Under the pieces are notes generated by a model that ran no database searches, was not told the DNA's origin, and saw nothing but the letters and a program-made list of their open reading frames with translations. Below are positions 13,901 through 27,391 of a DNA stretch of 64,000 bases, piece after piece. A program made the position numbers and the translations under genes. Source of the stretch: Phoronis australis (Eukaryota > Animalia > Phoronida); NCBI GenBank assembly GCA_002633005.1, contig NMRA01000458.1, positions 270,260 through 334,259 of the forward strand, read 5' to 3'. How positions within the stretch are numbered: position 1 is the first letter of the stretch; each line of letters starts with the position of its first letter.

Positions 13901-16900
13901 TAAAAAGCACGTGGTCAGGAAGCGCGCGCTACATACATGAACCTGTCATCAAAGACGTTATTAGTCGGGAACTATCCATTCATGAAACAGGTAGCGTAGC
14001 ATCGTTAAGAAATGAATAATGGCACTAATTTCCGAAAGTTTCTAATACTATTATTAAAAAATGTTTGTTATTTTTAAGAAGAATTGTTTGATTAACCATA
14101 ATTGGTGTTTTAAGTGAAATATCCGAAAAAATGACCACTGACAATGAATGCTTAGACACCCTTACACCGAAAAATAACTGTCACGTACGCATCCAGCCAC
14201 ACGGCGACTAATATGGGCCTTACCGACAAACGTTTTTAGCACGAGACCAGCAAGTGCTGAATGAAACACGCTCTGGTTTAGGCCTACTGCTTGTGCAAAT
14301 TTCCAGACATTTTTCTCATGTTGCCGATCACACATGTAGATGGCACGATATAGCACAGATTTGTATTTAAACCTGCTGTTAAACCAGACTCCATGGGAAC
14401 TTAAAAATCTTAGAGGCGCTACTTGGAAAACTTGAGGAAGATTTCAGGTAATTTGCTTAAGTCGAACCTGTTTTTTTATTCAAGCATTCAAGTCGCCATA
14501 TCGACGATTGCGAGGCAGTCAGTCCTCGAGTTTTTGGCCTGGGATTTCAGCACAATTTTCTGTAAAATGATGGTAACTTAGCAGCAAAGTTTGATAGCAA
14601 TGCAACACGGTTTTGTAGTAAGTCTTTCATAGATTACAGATACGTCACAGAGCGTAAATGTGATGAATCTTAGCTGACGATTTCTGAGACCGGTTTCAAC
14701 GGCCTTGGGTTAAAATAAGTGCCCCCCCCCTGAAACGAACTTTTCTAAGCGCCCTGGGTGGTTATTATGGCAAATACGGTAACACATTTTGATCTCGTTA
14801 GAATTTTTTTTAAATTTCTGTTTATAATATTGTAAATGATGTGACAAATTATGCATAATTAAAAATTGAAATAGATAATGTTATGTATATCACTGCTGAA
14901 GGAACAATACAATTATGGGATTTGGCTAAAGGAAAAACAGAATACAACACTCAACACTATTAATAGTCCACCTGATATCCAAACTAAAATTATCAAAACA
15001 ATTTGCCTAGATTCTAACACAAATATAGTAAAACGCAGTCAAAACCACAGCATAGTGGAGTAAGCCACCAAAAAAAATTAGTAAGAAATTAACGTCAATT
15101 GAGAACAAGGCAGATATTTTTGTACTCAGCGACCAGCACTCGATTACTTGGCAAGAAAGACCACTTTATACACTGACAGAGCTGTCAAACCATTACACAC
15201 GTAATCTGTAACCTTCATGTTAAAAATGTGTATTTTGCAAGTGAAAACTTGTAACTAAAAACGCAACATTACATAGCTCAGCTCGTCACATCAATGCCTT
15301 ACAGTTTTTGCTGTCGGCATGGTTGATCTTGACCCACACCACCACGGTCCCACAAATCCCGTAATTCCTGATCCATTAAAGTGTTATTGGCATCAAGAGT
15401 TCTCAGTGTTGAAGACAGAATGATTAAACATGGTTAATTCCAATCCCGTTATCTAATGTAATGTAATTCACCGGTATACTCATCTCCAAAATTTCGCGCC
15501 AGACATCTTACCACAATTTACAAAGCATAGCAAGATATCCCACAATAGAAAACCAAGTAAGCCCATTTTTCACTGGCCAGTCCTTCACAAAAAAATGCAA
15601 TTGACCAATCACAAAAGGGAAGTTTCATATGAAAATTGCATTCTATCTTGGATACATGTTATTGGTCGGATCTCGCGTCTTCGAAAATTTTAATCGCTTT
15701 CCAGTACTTCCTGACTCGACCTTCAGCAATCTGGCGCTTTAAATCACTGATGTTTTTTAAGACGATTTTAACTTTTATTTCATTTTTGAAGAGAAATTAA
15801 TGCTCAAATCTGTAACCATACGAAGTGATTTTTTAGTCCCTAAAAAAACAAAGACAAAAATAAATCCATAACAGTTGGCAACCCTGCACAGAGCTTCATT
15901 AAGTACCTCAATAAATGAGAAAGCTAAAACATTAGCTGCATCTTTTACTTGGGTCTTCATGTGTTTCAGCTGGCCTCTAAGCTTGACCCACTTGTCATGC
16001 ACCTCATCATCTGCAAGTAGATCAGGTTAGACCAATCTCTCATGACAAAATATGAACAGTTTCCATCTCAATTTGTCACTTTCCAATTTCGCAATCACAC
16101 TAATCAGGTATCAATTTTCATGGACTATTAGCGAAAGTTTTGCCAAAAACACGATTTTCTGAGAGCAGCTTCTCCACAGAATCAAACTTGCAGCCAAACA
16201 CTCTGCTAGCAGAACTTAATCCCACTCAATAGCTGGCAGAGTATTTCAAGTGTATTTAACTGGTTATAAATCACAGGCCTAGACTTCAGCCCATGCCAGG
16301 TGATGTGTAAAATAACCACACAATCACAACTGATTTTATTGTTTTATAGCTCAGGTCAAGGCTAATAACTCCAAGTTTATCCCTTCCAACAACAATTCCA
16401 AAAACATCTTTTTCAGCAATAAAACTGACGACGTCCCTTAAATTACATTCAGAAAATTACATAAACAAACAAGTAGTCATTTCACACAGTACCTAGCTTT
16501 AATTGATAAGGGTGCACTTGATTTGAGATTTAATATTACATGCTAGACTAATTATAATATTATTGTAGGCGGTCTGATAAATATTGTACCAGACGTGCTC
16601 AGGCCACGCAAGTGGGCCAATTGCACTGATAACCTGGAACCCTTTTTATGCTTTATTAATAAATATAGTTAAAACCGAGCTGAGAAGCTAGAAACCTGAC
16701 TCAAGGGTTTAACATTGTAACCCAGCGGGATTCAAACCCACAACCTGTATTAAAGAAAGTGGGCACCGATCACACTATGCTACACTGCCTCCTCTACAAA
16801 CTAGACTAGCTTACTCTTACTAGGTGTTATTGTTGATGGCAGAAGTTTTTCAAATGGGCTAGTCAACCATATAAATTGTGTAAGGCAAACAGAATCAATC

Positions 16901-19900
16901 AAATGGACTAGCAGGTGTATGGGGGCTGCAAACCTTTGTCAAACTTCTTTAAAGCCGAGCGTAGAGTGTGAGACATCAACTCAAACAAGTCTGTCCATCG
17001 CTTCTTAATGAAACAGTCCTGAACATGACTCAGGAACCGGATATTCTGTTTACGCGAGAACGACTGGCAGAACAGCAGCTCAAAAGCTTCCTTCATTGGA
17101 GCTACAATGAACTTCAGTTCAACTGGCTTGTACCTGAAAAAACAGACAACATTAAGTATCAAAATCCTTCCAGGTCATATGTTCTATAAATTCAAAACAT
17201 TAGCAAGACACTTCCAGAATAAAAAATGTGAATAACTGAATGTTCTAGCCAGGCTGACCATTCATTTCTGTGGTGGCCATGTTGCAAGTGTATGCGAGTA
17301 AGCTCAGGTCCTTACACACAGATTTAGATGAGCCTTGTGTGAACTCACTTTTTTCTGCACAATACACTCCGGCATACTCTCATGGAATATTCTGTTTTTG
17401 TTCAGGTCGCCATTTGTTTACATTGCTTCACTTGCTATTACTGTCAGTCACATTTAAATTTTGTGAATTGAGATTAACTAATAACTAATTAGCAGGTAAT
17501 GTTTTAAAAGTTAAAATTTTATAATGAACAATAACATTTTTGTCAACACTCAATCAAACAAAAATACTTTTTTAAATGATTGAAATGTAACACATTGCAG
17601 CATTTACTGAGTTACCTCTGAACTCTTATGTTTAACAATTGCTTTACATCAGTATCTTAAATGAAAACCACAGGAAAAATGCAAACAGACTAACCCTCCA
17701 AGTAAATCTGCACTGTCACTTTGCTGGTTCATATTGATCACACGAAGATGATGACCTGAAATAAAAATGAAAATTTGTTACATATACCAGCATGATGTTA
17801 TAGAAAACTGATTCTATGCAAATTATTGGCAGTTATCAACATTAAATGCAATACATATCTCAGAAAAATAAGCTGAAAGAATTGAGCAATAAGAAAATAG
17901 ATTTGAATTATTGACAATTCTTTCCACTACAATTGCAGTGTGAAGACCCTATTTAGCGATTTTTACACAGGCTTGCCTTGCTTTCTCCTCATAACAAGAC
18001 ATTAAACCGAAATGCTTTATGCAAGTTACTTGTTTGACGAGCAACACAATGGCAAACTCATTTTCTAATTAATGACTATAGTATACCAATGAAACGATAT
18101 GATCTTTACACAATGCATATTCAAGTTACATACCAGCTCTGTTCGCCAGATATTGCACAGACGAGGTTTTTCCTGTTCCAGTTTCTCCCACCAACAACAC
18201 AGGCTCCTGATTGGCCACACAGACAGCCACACGCTCCAATAAGGCAGTGGAGGGCTGGGTAAACGCATAGCTTGGCTCCCGACTTCTGAAAAGGAAACCA
18301 AAATGTGAGGTCACTTACATCCTCAAAAGCAACCATGATCTTGCAAATTTAAGGACATTTGCATTATGTTAACTGTCTGGCTTACTGTAAACAACACCTG
18401 ACAAGACTCAATCACCAGAGAAACTGTCTATTCACAAAAACACATAATTATTAATTTTTCTTCTTTCATACTATAGTGACTGAAAAAGACAAAAGACAAT
18501 GGTTCGACAACAGAAAATACTTTTTCTTTGTTTTCAACAAAATCCGCACGTAATTTTTTATAACTTTTCCTTAGCTTGCTTTATTCAAAATTGTTGACAT
18601 ACAAAGCCACTTCAACCAGACTTCACAATGCCATTACAAAAACTGCTGTCAGGTACTTTCTCTACCTACCTGGATGTAGATGAGGGCTGCCTAAACTTCC
18701 TAGGTATAGATGACCTGCCAACCATGACAGTGTCTGGTGTGAACTTGACGTCTGGCTTGTACTTGGCACAGTAGAATTCAGACTAGAAAAAAGAACATTA
18801 TTGGAAAACTTTTGTTCCCAGGTTCAATACACACAAGATAAGTCACACAGGGGTTTTTAAATTTGAAAGTACTTTCACAAGATAAGTCAAACTGGGGGTT
18901 ACAAATTTGAAAGTGCTTAGTGAATAATCAGTAGTTACAGAGACAAAGGTCAATTCAAATCCAAGAGAGTTCCTACTATTATTAACTAAAAGTATTGTTC
19001 ACCTTCATCACAAAACTTTTAACTCAACCCATACAAATAGAATATTTCTCGAATTATTGAGAAATCTTAATTCATGCCTTGAAATGTACCACACTAGTTT
19101 GTAGTCATGAAGCCGCCATTTTTCATAAAAGTAGTCATTCTTACTCAGATCATCAATTTCTGAAAAAAACTAAATTGCCGGCGCCTTCATTTCTGACTAC
19201 ATCTTTTTAACATAAATACGCAGGGAAAGGCATCTCAGATTTATGTTCACCCTCAAACAATGGAGATATAAGTCATATTTAAAGTTCCAAAGTCTTTGCA
19301 TTTGATGGCCAACATCTCCATTCCTTTAAGGAGTACAAAAAATTAGAAACGCCATTAGCCATAACACTTCAAGAACATTAGCATGTCAAGTAGCTTTAAA
19401 GCTAAAATCAAGCTTAAATAATGAAATTACAACTCTAGATAGTGGTTGATCATGGGTACAACAGTTACCTTAACTTTGGAAACACCCAACTTGGCCCCTA
19501 CAGTTTCTGCAATAGCCAGCCTTTTAACAGGATCATGTACACAGGCACAGAAACAGTCAAGAGCTTCTTGGAAGACAGCGGCTGCAGTTGCGCTCTCACA
19601 AACATTGAAGTCACAGGCAATACGACCACACCACTTGATCAGGTCTCTAAAGAAGTTGAGAATTATGACAATTTTGTAATTCCCATCAACTTGTTTTGAA
19701 ATCCTCAGTAAGTTTAAGCTGCATGCTCTGTCCAAGAATCGACCAAAAAACATACAGTAAGAACAAACTTTCATTATGTAAGGATAGCTCAAATTTTAGG
19801 ATCAAACGTTATACATGTGACTGTATAGATGTGCAGAAAACTAACACAAAACTGAGGTATAAATATTGATATGCACTCAATAAAACTAAACAATTTCATC

Positions 19901-22900
19901 ATGTTAAATCAATATTCAGGCATAACAAAAGAAGACTAATAACAAACTCATTGTTTTATGTCATTTTTCGTTAATCTTAAAACCCTGGTCTATTTGTTTC
20001 ATTGGCAATGTTTTATATTAATGTTAAAACAAAACATTTGGACTCTGTAAATTTGTCCAGAGATGGTTCTATATTTCATTTTACACAAACCTTGTAGAAA
20101 TCAACCTCCCATCATGTGACAGGAACTTGACCACACGTTCATCCTGGTCATTTGACCTGGCATCATCATTTGTCTCATGTCGTCCAGAGGATAGCAGAAA
20201 GTAAACATCAAGCAGTTTTTCCACAACCGAAGACAGAGATGGGAAATGTGTTTTAATCACCTGCAAGACAACCATTGAGAAGAATGGAATAGTTCATGAA
20301 CAAAACAGAGAAAATATGAACAAGACAGTGAAACTATGAACAACACAGTGAAAATATGAACAAGACAGTGAAAATATGAACAAGACAGTGACACTATGAA
20401 CAACACACTGAAAATATGAACAAGACAATGAAAATATGAATAAGACAGCAAAAATAACACACTTTTTGTGTTGCCCGTGGATACCACTCAAGACTTCAAA
20501 TAAATCGCCCATATTTTACTTCAGATGACAACTAATGTGCGTGTCAGACATTCTGTATGTAGCAATGAATCATACATGAATGTGTAGCTGGGAGAGAACA
20601 TGTGGTGGCCATGGATATGGTAGGAGCATTCCATTAAAAGGATTGATGAGCAATAGTTGTGTAACACACACACGGGGAAATGTAATAGGAAGGAAGGCAC
20701 ACAGTGCACAAAAGATGGCAGCAGTGGTAGTCCAAGGAAGAAGCAAGGTCACATTATCTGCTGCACCACTACACTATCACATTCCTTCTCTGCGCAAATG
20801 AATTTCTTTGTTACAAGCAAGATTAATCATCCAGCATAAATTTTCTCTACATTCAGTTCCGTGTCACAGCCAGCTCGGGCCTTATTCTGGCCGGACTGGT
20901 GATTCAGTAGAGAACAATCATCTGACTGAAAAGACCCTTCAGATTCGATCCCCTACCAATCTCACTATCAAGGGGTTTAACCCTCACTTGACCAGATTAA
21001 CATAAACATGCAATCTCAATTCCCACTAGTACCTGCTCAAGTTCACCTCGTGACAATGGCTCCACATTTATCTTTGTCCACATTTTTTCCAGCAACACTG
21101 AACTAGATGATTGCTGACGATACCACCCACCATAGCCACTCAGCAACCTGGAATGCAAAAATTCAATCTTCAAAACTTGTTCACCGCTGATCAAATGACT
21201 TCCACTTAACAGAGAGACAATATTATCTTTTGTGCACGAAGTCTTAAGACCGCCCTTATAAGTGTAAATAAAACATATTGGCAACAACACAGGAAAGCAG
21301 GAATTACCTTTGTGTAGCAAACAGTTGAAACCCTGGAGCAGCATGAATTGTCTCCCCATGTCCAGGTAGAGAGATGGAGTTGGATTCTAGGATAGGCACC
21401 AACACTGACACTACATCCATGGGAGCATAGTCAATATCCTCAAGAATTATCCAGTGACCCTCGGTCATGGCCTGTGTTAGTGCCCCTGGTTGCCATACAA
21501 ACTCTCCAGGTACGTCTGTACAACGGTAGGTGCCCAGCAGTGCCTACCCAATAACAAAGCAATGCAACAGTTCAGTGCTAGTTTAGCTAAAATGTTTGAA
21601 GTGGATTTTATGCCAAATTTAATTGAAAATTCAATAAAAATAAAGGGAACGGTGTTCATGAGTCTTTCTTAGAAGAAACCTTTTTTGACTGGATGTTAAC
21701 AGACTGATATCTGCTCCTCAAATCATGGGACAAACGGTTAGGCAACACTCACGAAGTTATTTGCCTATGGACTTCTCCCACCATTTGAATAATTTATATC
21801 AGCCTTTCAACGTTTCAAAACTGTAGTTTTACTAAAGCTTATGAACACTATTTACCATGCTTCTACAGTATCTATATTGTCATCATCCATAAGTCTAATA
21901 TAACAGCACTACATTAATAACAACAATAACAATGAATTTGATTTCCCAAGAATGAACAAGAGCATTGAAATGGAGGTACAACTGAGCCACAAATGGCATG
22001 CTTCTAGAGGTATTTATTAGTATCATAAAAATGCATATGAAAATGGGAAGGTGTCGTCTCCCTAACATAAAAAATACTAAATTCCATGAAAATCCTTCAA
22101 GAACTCCCGATGTTACAGAAGTGAGTGTAAAATAAAAACAAAATGGCAATCAGGAAGCAAAGCGGTAGTCTAACCTGTACATCACGTCAAGTTCATAGGA
22201 ACACACTAGCTAAACTTCTAAAAATCTTGCATGGGGTTTAGAAGGTACAGGCGCAGATGCAAAAAAAAATGTCACTAGTGGGCACCACAGTATTTGGATG
22301 CATTTGAAAATCTACATCAGTCATTAAGAATAAATCAGCTGATTTTCATAATGATCTTTTGAGCGGTTTGGCGTGAGTATAGAGGCAGATGACTCAAACA
22401 TAATAAAAATAACGACAACGTGGCAAATGGATTAGCATGAACCTTGCTATCTGTTTGATCGCCAAGTTGAACTTTCATCAGTTGCGGTGTTGAATATCTG
22501 CCAGTCAAACGACCGACATGCTCAACCAATGAAGTCTTGCCGCTACCCACTGGCCCCTGCAGTAGCACGGGACGCCCCTCAGCAACAGCTAATGCAAGAC
22601 TGCGTAGGTTACGCAGTGAGGATGGCACAGAAACCAAGAGATCAGGCAGCTGTAAGGGAATTGGATCATAATTTAACCAGTGATAATTTGAAACAACAGA
22701 GATGTATTTTAACACTGTGACAATGAAATTATTCAGTCAAAGCCTCAATTGTCTAGAACATAACATATTTATAAGCACAGCAAAGTAAGAAATATCAAAC
22801 AAATTCTACCAATAACAAGTCTTTAGACATAATATCGGAATGAAACAACAAATGAATATAATTAAATGTATAGAAAAGCATATGATAACAAAAATGTAGC

Positions 22901-25900
22901 TCCCGTTTAAATCCAGAGATATCAATTTGCTGCAGCAGTCAATCTCACCTCATCTCCGGCAGAGGGTGTACTCAGTTTATGTAACAAGATGCCACAAACA
23001 GACACAACTGAATCACACAAATCTTCCTCCACTATGGCGCCCATTGTATGCGAAACTTTCTCAACAGTGGCAGGTTGGCCCACAGGATTGGTCAGTAAGT
23101 AGACATCATCCTCAGTGTTCAGATGTATACTGTGATCCCTAAAAATTTCAGAGATTTCTTTAATAAATAAGAAAGTCCAGTCAATCTAACCAATTAGCCA
23201 CCTGCTGTAGGCTTCCTGGACTAGTTCTGCAAATTAGAAGTGAAATCTTTTTGGTAGAGTATTTCTGGCTTACACAGGCCAACAACTTTCAGCATTACAA
23301 AACAGGCTTAAATGAAACTACAAGTTTGCAAAAAATTCAAATTTTGGCTTCAGTGAAAGAGACTTAATATTAAATTCAGGGCACAAGTTGAAAATTGGGA
23401 GAAGTTACATCAAACAGCGAAACAGGCTCTGGCTGGTAATACCAACTTTTTTCATGTACTCATGAAAAGCCATGGCATAACAAACTTTACTACAACAGTA
23501 TTCACCATATATGAACTTGAACAAGGTTCTAAGTCGTGGTTTACAGTTTGGGGAAATGGTTAAAATATATGAGTTTTTTCCATACTACATTTTGCAAAAG
23601 GAAGAACGGAAAAAATAATTCTACACTCGCAATTACCTAGAAAGCATCCGTAGGTCGTTGACATTAAAGCGACTGTGAATGAATGCAGTGGACTGGCTGT
23701 CGGACATGCGGGTCAAAAGCACCACACAGTGACACGCATACCTGAGGTAAAAAGAACAAGTTGTAATGATAGTAAAGACACTGCTTACTGTTGAACACAT
23801 CATTCTAATCTGTATATCCTCATAGTATCTGCATAATAATGAGTTATATCATTGATATTAAAAGTCACACACACCAACAAAATCAAGGCACAAAAATCAG
23901 TAACTTAATAACCTAAAGTAAGTTATGAAAGGAGCACAATAAAACAGACTTTCTAATTTAGTACAGTTAATAGATACTTCATAGTTTAGGACAACATACC
24001 ATCTTGCAGCAGGGTTGGAATGAGAGGTATATTGTAAAACAGGACTCCAATCCCACAGTGACACTATGGTGTCCTTCAATGATTGCAACAATCTCAAACA
24101 ACTGTGACACAAGTCCAGTTCTGTTGGCTTGTTTCTCGACTGTTTATTCTGAAACAAAAATAAAAGGATGAAAAGATACAAATATCAGGCAATAATGACT
24201 CAGATACACAGTAGGAGTATGCAAATATTCAGTGAAGCAGTTACAAACCAGAGTTCCGCACAACTGAAGCGAATTTTTGATTTAAACCACTTATTGTTAC
24301 TCAGCTCAGAAGTTATTTCTAATTTTGCAAATAACCGACAGAGATCTTTATTCGTTGAGAACATACTCGGCACATCAAATGAAACGTACTTCAGTCAACT
24401 TGTAGTGGCTAATCTCAAGCCATAACAAACTGTTTTTACTTCGAATCTTGGAAATAATTGTCAGTTTGACTAAAAGGAATAGTTTGAGACCTATTTCATG
24501 CAGGTAAATGGACTAAATCAAAAGTTGTTTTTGCGATGGAAGGTGGAACGTCTGAATTCTCTCATGATGATAAAACTAGTGGTGAATCATTGACTTAAAA
24601 TATGGTCAAACTATTTTGGGGAACTTGCTCACATCGGTTATCATTTCATCTCTGTTAACTTGTGAAAATTTTGACAATGCAAGGACCTAGTAACATTCGT
24701 CTTTTTCAAACATGGATCACATAATTATTTAATAGTATCAAAAATCTCTAAAGTTAGATGAAATTTTCAAAGTACAAAACAAAACCTATGTATGATTAAT
24801 TTGTTTACCTTTTTTGACTTCTTAGCGACTGGTTCAGCACCATCTTCGTGGTAATCAAGAAGAGAAGGTTTGTTGATTAGAAATCTAGCCACAAATCTAC
24901 AAGAAAATAGTAAAACACAAGATTTAATTAAACCAGCCTGTCATAATGATTTGAGAAACACTCCAACACATTAGTTTAGCCGCTGTCTTGTGATCCACAT
25001 ACAATGTATTATCACATAATGAGCCCTATATAGTGTTACGAAAAAACAATTCACACAGAAAAGAGACTATTATGAAAATGACAAATAAGTATGAAATATA
25101 GATCTGGAACACTGCATTCCAGAAGAAAACATTGAGGGACTTAGTGAAACACATTCTGGCTTAAGAGTTCCTCCAAAGTTGTTTTTGATAGTACTGACGG
25201 AATGTCCCCCCCTACCCCATGTCAGGAAAATTTTTATCAATAACTAGGTTGTAAATTTTTCAACAAATTCTGACGTTCATGGAAAAGCTAAACATAAGAA
25301 ATTTGTAGTCCTCATGGCTTATTTACAACTAACAATATTTTGCCAAGAAACTTACAAAATAAAAAGAATCAAGTAATAAATTTAACTTTGAGACCTGTTT
25401 ACAGTAATTTACAATAACATTCTGAAAATCATCTCTATTGTCATAAATTGAAACTGTTATGATGACAGTTACACAAGACTGAAGGCATTCACCTACATAA
25501 TGAGAATATTTTGAATGCATGAATTAAAACAATGCATGTGAAATGAACCTCTTAATGTCAGGGTGACTGGCGACCACTTTGCTGAGGGCGACACAAAACT
25601 GTTGATACTCAGTCCCATCTTGTGCAGTAGTGGCACAATTCTCAACTATATTAAGAAGTAATCCCCTGAAGTGTCTGGCTATGTCAGTAGTGCAGTCCTT
25701 CACAATGAATAAAGACGATAAAGTGTCTAGCAAATTCTTTCTATCACTTGGGGTCCAAATCTGGAATGAAAGTAAATTATCTCTTTCAAGTTTTAGGCAA
25801 AATTGTTTAACATCCAACAATTACAGACATTGTGTAAATTTGACATACTGTTGCACAATCTTACCATGCTACTGTTACAGGAGGTAGCTTGGTCAGGTGC

Positions 25901-27391
25901 ACCTGAAAATTTAGTTTATCGCGCGACCGACTATAAAATATAAGAGTGACTCAAAACATTTCATTTTCAGTTATAATTTAAACAAAATCAGTCTTTTTGC
26001 AACAAAAATGAATGCACCCAACAATGAAAAATAGAAAAATAACATTATTATCGACCGACCCATCCCAGAGGAGAGAGGGTAGGACAAAGGGAATGCGACC
26101 TAAGATTGTAGACCTGAGAAAAATCCCAAGCCGCCACGAAGTCATCCCAGCGAGTATATGAAAGTCAGACAATAATTCCCTTGAAATCCGTTTCAAAGTT
26201 TGTGTAGACATCCAACTTTAAATTACTAACAGACTTCCTAGATTCAATACCTTTGGTTCACAATTGTTCAATTAACTTCGTGAAGTCAGTGCATTTGCCA
26301 CTACAGCAGTCAGCATGCAAACAAGCACTTAAATTTCAACAGGAAGTAAACAGACTGAAGTCGAAATTGTTCGGCAAAAATCCAGCACGATCGGTGAAAC
26401 ACGCACCTCCAACTTATAAGCAACTGTCTGCATTCTACCTTGGCTGGCAGGAGGAATTGAGATAGATACTTTTAAAGGAAAAATTGAAGAGGTATGCATA
26501 AGCTTCTGAGAACTAAGTACAGCCTTTTTTAGTCAATGATTCTGATGTCAGTTTTGGCAACCTTAAATTTTCGTCAAGTCGTAACATGCGATTTGTAGTC
26601 TAGCTAGGCGTTGAGCACTGCGAGTGTGAAATGCCTCATTCGATTTTAGGCGTAAACAAGGCGAAATTTGGCAAACACATTCTTGCAGCAGTACTGCAGT
26701 TTTATTGGCCTCTGAAAATGGTATTTCTGTGATATCCAAAACAGATCCCAGGAAGAAAGAGCCCCATGCGGATTCTTTAGGGATAAAGTTTAGAAAGTAC
26801 CCATGGGAACTCTTGAGGTTGTTTCACATGACTGACATAAGTACATTTCGACCACTGATCAGCTCTAGCTCTAGAGCAGAGAGTTCATCTGTATTAGAAA
26901 ATTTTGACTACCTTGAAACTGTGTCTGTAGAGTGTTGTATAACCTTGTAGTAATAGCCGAGATTACTCGACTCAAGAATCAAACCAGCGACCCTAATAAA
27001 ACCAACGTGTGTGCTAACCCTTCAGCTAATTAGGCAATTGCTTGTTAGCGAGTGCCTAACAGAGGCTCATATGACTCACCCAGTCACCAGAAGCATGTCT
27101 AGTCACTCTAAAAAGTTGTTTTTTGGGACGCAATGCGGCTTGGCACTGGTTAGGTATAGCAGTCACTAAATAACAGGTCGTCACTTAATGGATGAAACTG
27201 GTTCTATAAATCAGGGACTGCTATATCCGACCAGCGGCATGCGGCTTCACAACCGTTAAAGGTTTTATACTGTCAAACACAAGTTGTTTCACCTGCTTAG
27301 CAAGAAAACTTTGAAGACTGGAAGAACACTTCTGATTTTTCTTCACGATCGCCGACAAGTTAGAGATTACGTTCAATCCTAGATTCTCCAT
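1907..27391 (-). CDS. MDN1: Midasin (MDN1/Rea1) AAA+ ATPase for 60S biogenesis; 5' part only (30 exons, ~1619 codons), gene continues beyond the left edge
   Basis: Hand-spliced exons, all phases consistent: 27391-27293 (MENLGLNV...FLAKQ), 25760-25549 (IWTPSDRKNLLDTL), 24896-24809, 24148-24000, 23741-23637, 23138-22949, 22649-22443 (GPVGSGKT), 21543-21308 (LLGTYRCTDVPGEFVWQPG), 21147-21033, 20260-20091, 19646-19469, 18782-18670, 18285-18134 (GETGTGKT), 17755-17695, 17133-16934, 16010-15907, 13383-13247 (WVLLDELNLA), 12717-12613, 12313-12128, 10869-10794, 10104-9839, 7739-7561 (GETSVGKT), 6869-6778, 6467-6351, 5995-5849, 5224-5077, 4590-4311, 3891-3753, 3399-2933 (MNPGGDYGKKELSPALRNRFTEIW), 2046-1907. 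Motifs match remembered midasin sequence. Confidence 0.97.
5263..5326. repeat. 19-bp tandem repeat, ~3.3 copies
   Basis: Unit CCAAACAACAACACCCACT. Confidence 0.9.
7951..9706. mobile_element. Probable old non-autonomous/foldback DNA element in an MDN1 intron
   Basis: Inverted repeats CATGATTGGGGTGAGCAAACCAATA (7951) and TATTTGGGTTTGCTCACCCTAACATG (9681-9706) enclose a very AT-rich non-coding interior. True ends are uncertain. Confidence 0.5.
10934..11196. repeat. 37-bp minisatellite, 7 copies, intronic
   Basis: Unit GACTGATTTCACTTGAGAAGAGGTAAGCTACAAAAAA at 10934, 10971, 11008, 11046, 11083, 11120, 11157. Confidence 0.95.
13448..14779. mobile_element. TA-flanked non-autonomous DNA transposon in an MDN1 intron
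   Basis: TIRs CCATATTTGTCGTAATAACCACCCA / TGGGTGGTTATTATGGCAAATACGG, TA target duplication at 13446-13447 and 14780-14781, no transposase ORF. Related to the 47485 element. Confidence 0.8.
16560..16792 (-). mobile_element. tRNA-derived SINE (degenerate)
   Basis: The minus-strand head GGAGGCAGTGTAGCATAGTG...GTGGGTTTGAATCCC has A-box-like and B-box-like motifs at tRNA spacing, followed by a non-tRNA body. Confidence 0.55.
20295..20450. repeat. 20-bp minisatellite, ~7 copies
   Basis: Unit GAAAATATGAACAAGACAGT with variants, just upstream (minus sense) of the MDN1 acceptor at 20261. Confidence 0.9.

Noticed and set aside
20870-20970. tRNA-like A/B-box sequence (also about 26950-27040 on the minus strand)
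   Set aside because: No cloverleaf can be folded. These are at best highly decayed SINE heads and are too weak to call.
25978-26211. ORF MSTQTLKRISRELLSD resembling the N-terminus of an E2 ubiquitin-conjugating enzyme, or MDN1 exon 1
   Set aside because: The similarity ends after about 12 residues, there is no HPN/Cys motif and no good donor. A much better MDN1 exon 1 (…FLAKQ|gt) lies at 27391-27293.
27143-27236. Imperfect hairpin in MDN1 intron 1 as a possible pre-miRNA
   Set aside because: Arms of about 28 nt with a long loop fit a tiny palindromic MITE equally well, and there is no recognisable miRNA sequence.
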